DNA from: Vibrio cholerae ATCC 14035
GTDB lineage: Bacteria > Pseudomonadota > Gammaproteobacteria > Enterobacterales > Vibrionaceae
Reading direction: 5' to 3'
Length of the DNA: 32,000 nucleotides
Assembly (NCBI RefSeq): GCF_000621645.1
Contig: NZ_JHXR01000027.1
Span: forward strand, 11,665-43,664
The translations under genes and the position numbers were made by a program. Under the pieces are notes generated by a model. The model was not told the DNA's origin and searched no databases. It was given only the letters and a program-made list of their open reading frames with translations. Below are positions 31,769-32,000 of the stretch, piece after piece. Each line of letters starts with the position of its first letter. The first letter of the stretch is position 1.

Positions 31769-32000
31769 TTAAATCGGATTTACAGGGCGTGATTCACCGC
31801 GAATTGATGGTGTACCTTGTTCGTCGGTAGTGGTGTAGTCTCGGAGCTGTCTTGCGTATAACTTCCACGCATCCAAAGTGTATGTTGCACGTTGATCATC
31901 GGTCCAGTGATACATTAGCTCAATTTGAACATTAGCAAGTTCAGAAAGAGCCCAATGATGCTCGATTTGTGCAAGCTCTTGAGGCGACTTAATACGCTCG
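31769..32000 (-). CDS. C-terminal 76 codons of an unrecognised protein; the gene starts beyond the right edge
   Basis: The reverse frame is open from the window edge to TAA (31769..31771). Translation: ERIKSPQELAQIEHHWALSELANVQIELMYHWTDDQRATYTLDAWKLYARQLRDYTTTDEQGTPSIRGESRPVNPI. Not in the ORF track because it is truncated. I recognise no family. Confidence 0.5.
   Translation of the reverse strand, partial: ERIKSPQELAQIEHHWALSELANVQIELMYHWTDDQRATYTLDAWKLYARQLRDYTTTDEQGTPSIRGESRPVNPI

Overview
The window reads as ordinary core chromosome of a Vibrio. From memory, not a database search, the proteins match Vibrio cholerae chromosome I: TfoX, H-NS/VicH, monomeric Icd and a complete his operon. 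I support about 31 protein genes.

Gene order, left to right:
- A partial ydgA-like gene (-).
- An uncharacterised sensor kinase, a single-domain response regulator and a small outer-membrane protein (+).
- tfoX (-).
- An HDOD protein, lysO/ybjE and a small secreted protein (+).
- A group II PLP decarboxylase and hexR (+).
- An iron-type alcohol dehydrogenase (-).
- grxA and ybjL (+).
- clpA and clpS (-), then cspD (+).
- Monomeric icd (-), then rluE (+), then an ERIC-type repeat.
- hisIE-F-A-H-B-C-D-G with its hisL leader and attenuator (-).
- An NhaC-family transporter (-), hns (+), and a partial unknown gene (-).

Most convergent gene pairs are separated by clear hairpin plus U-tract terminators.

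I found no rRNA or tRNA genes and no CRISPR array. I also found no transposase, integrase, phage genes or recognisable defence or toxin-antitoxin genes. I therefore cannot honestly claim a novel system here.

The least explained element is the kinase/receiver/OMP module at 952..4140, next to tfoX. The kinase combines a pseudo-receiver, a nucleotide-binding fold that lacks its cNMP-contact residues, and an unusually long insertion in its dimerisation domain.

Other items worth a second look:
- The TTGCA-palindrome cluster in the 472-bp clpS-cspD spacer.
- The 693-bp nhaC-hns spacer.
- A GC-rich hairpin inserted between hisC and hisB.
- A likely PanP-type decarboxylase.
- A monomeric icd sitting in the rluE-adjacent slot.

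All coordinates and motifs were read by eye from the sequence. Family assignments rest on remembered homologues.
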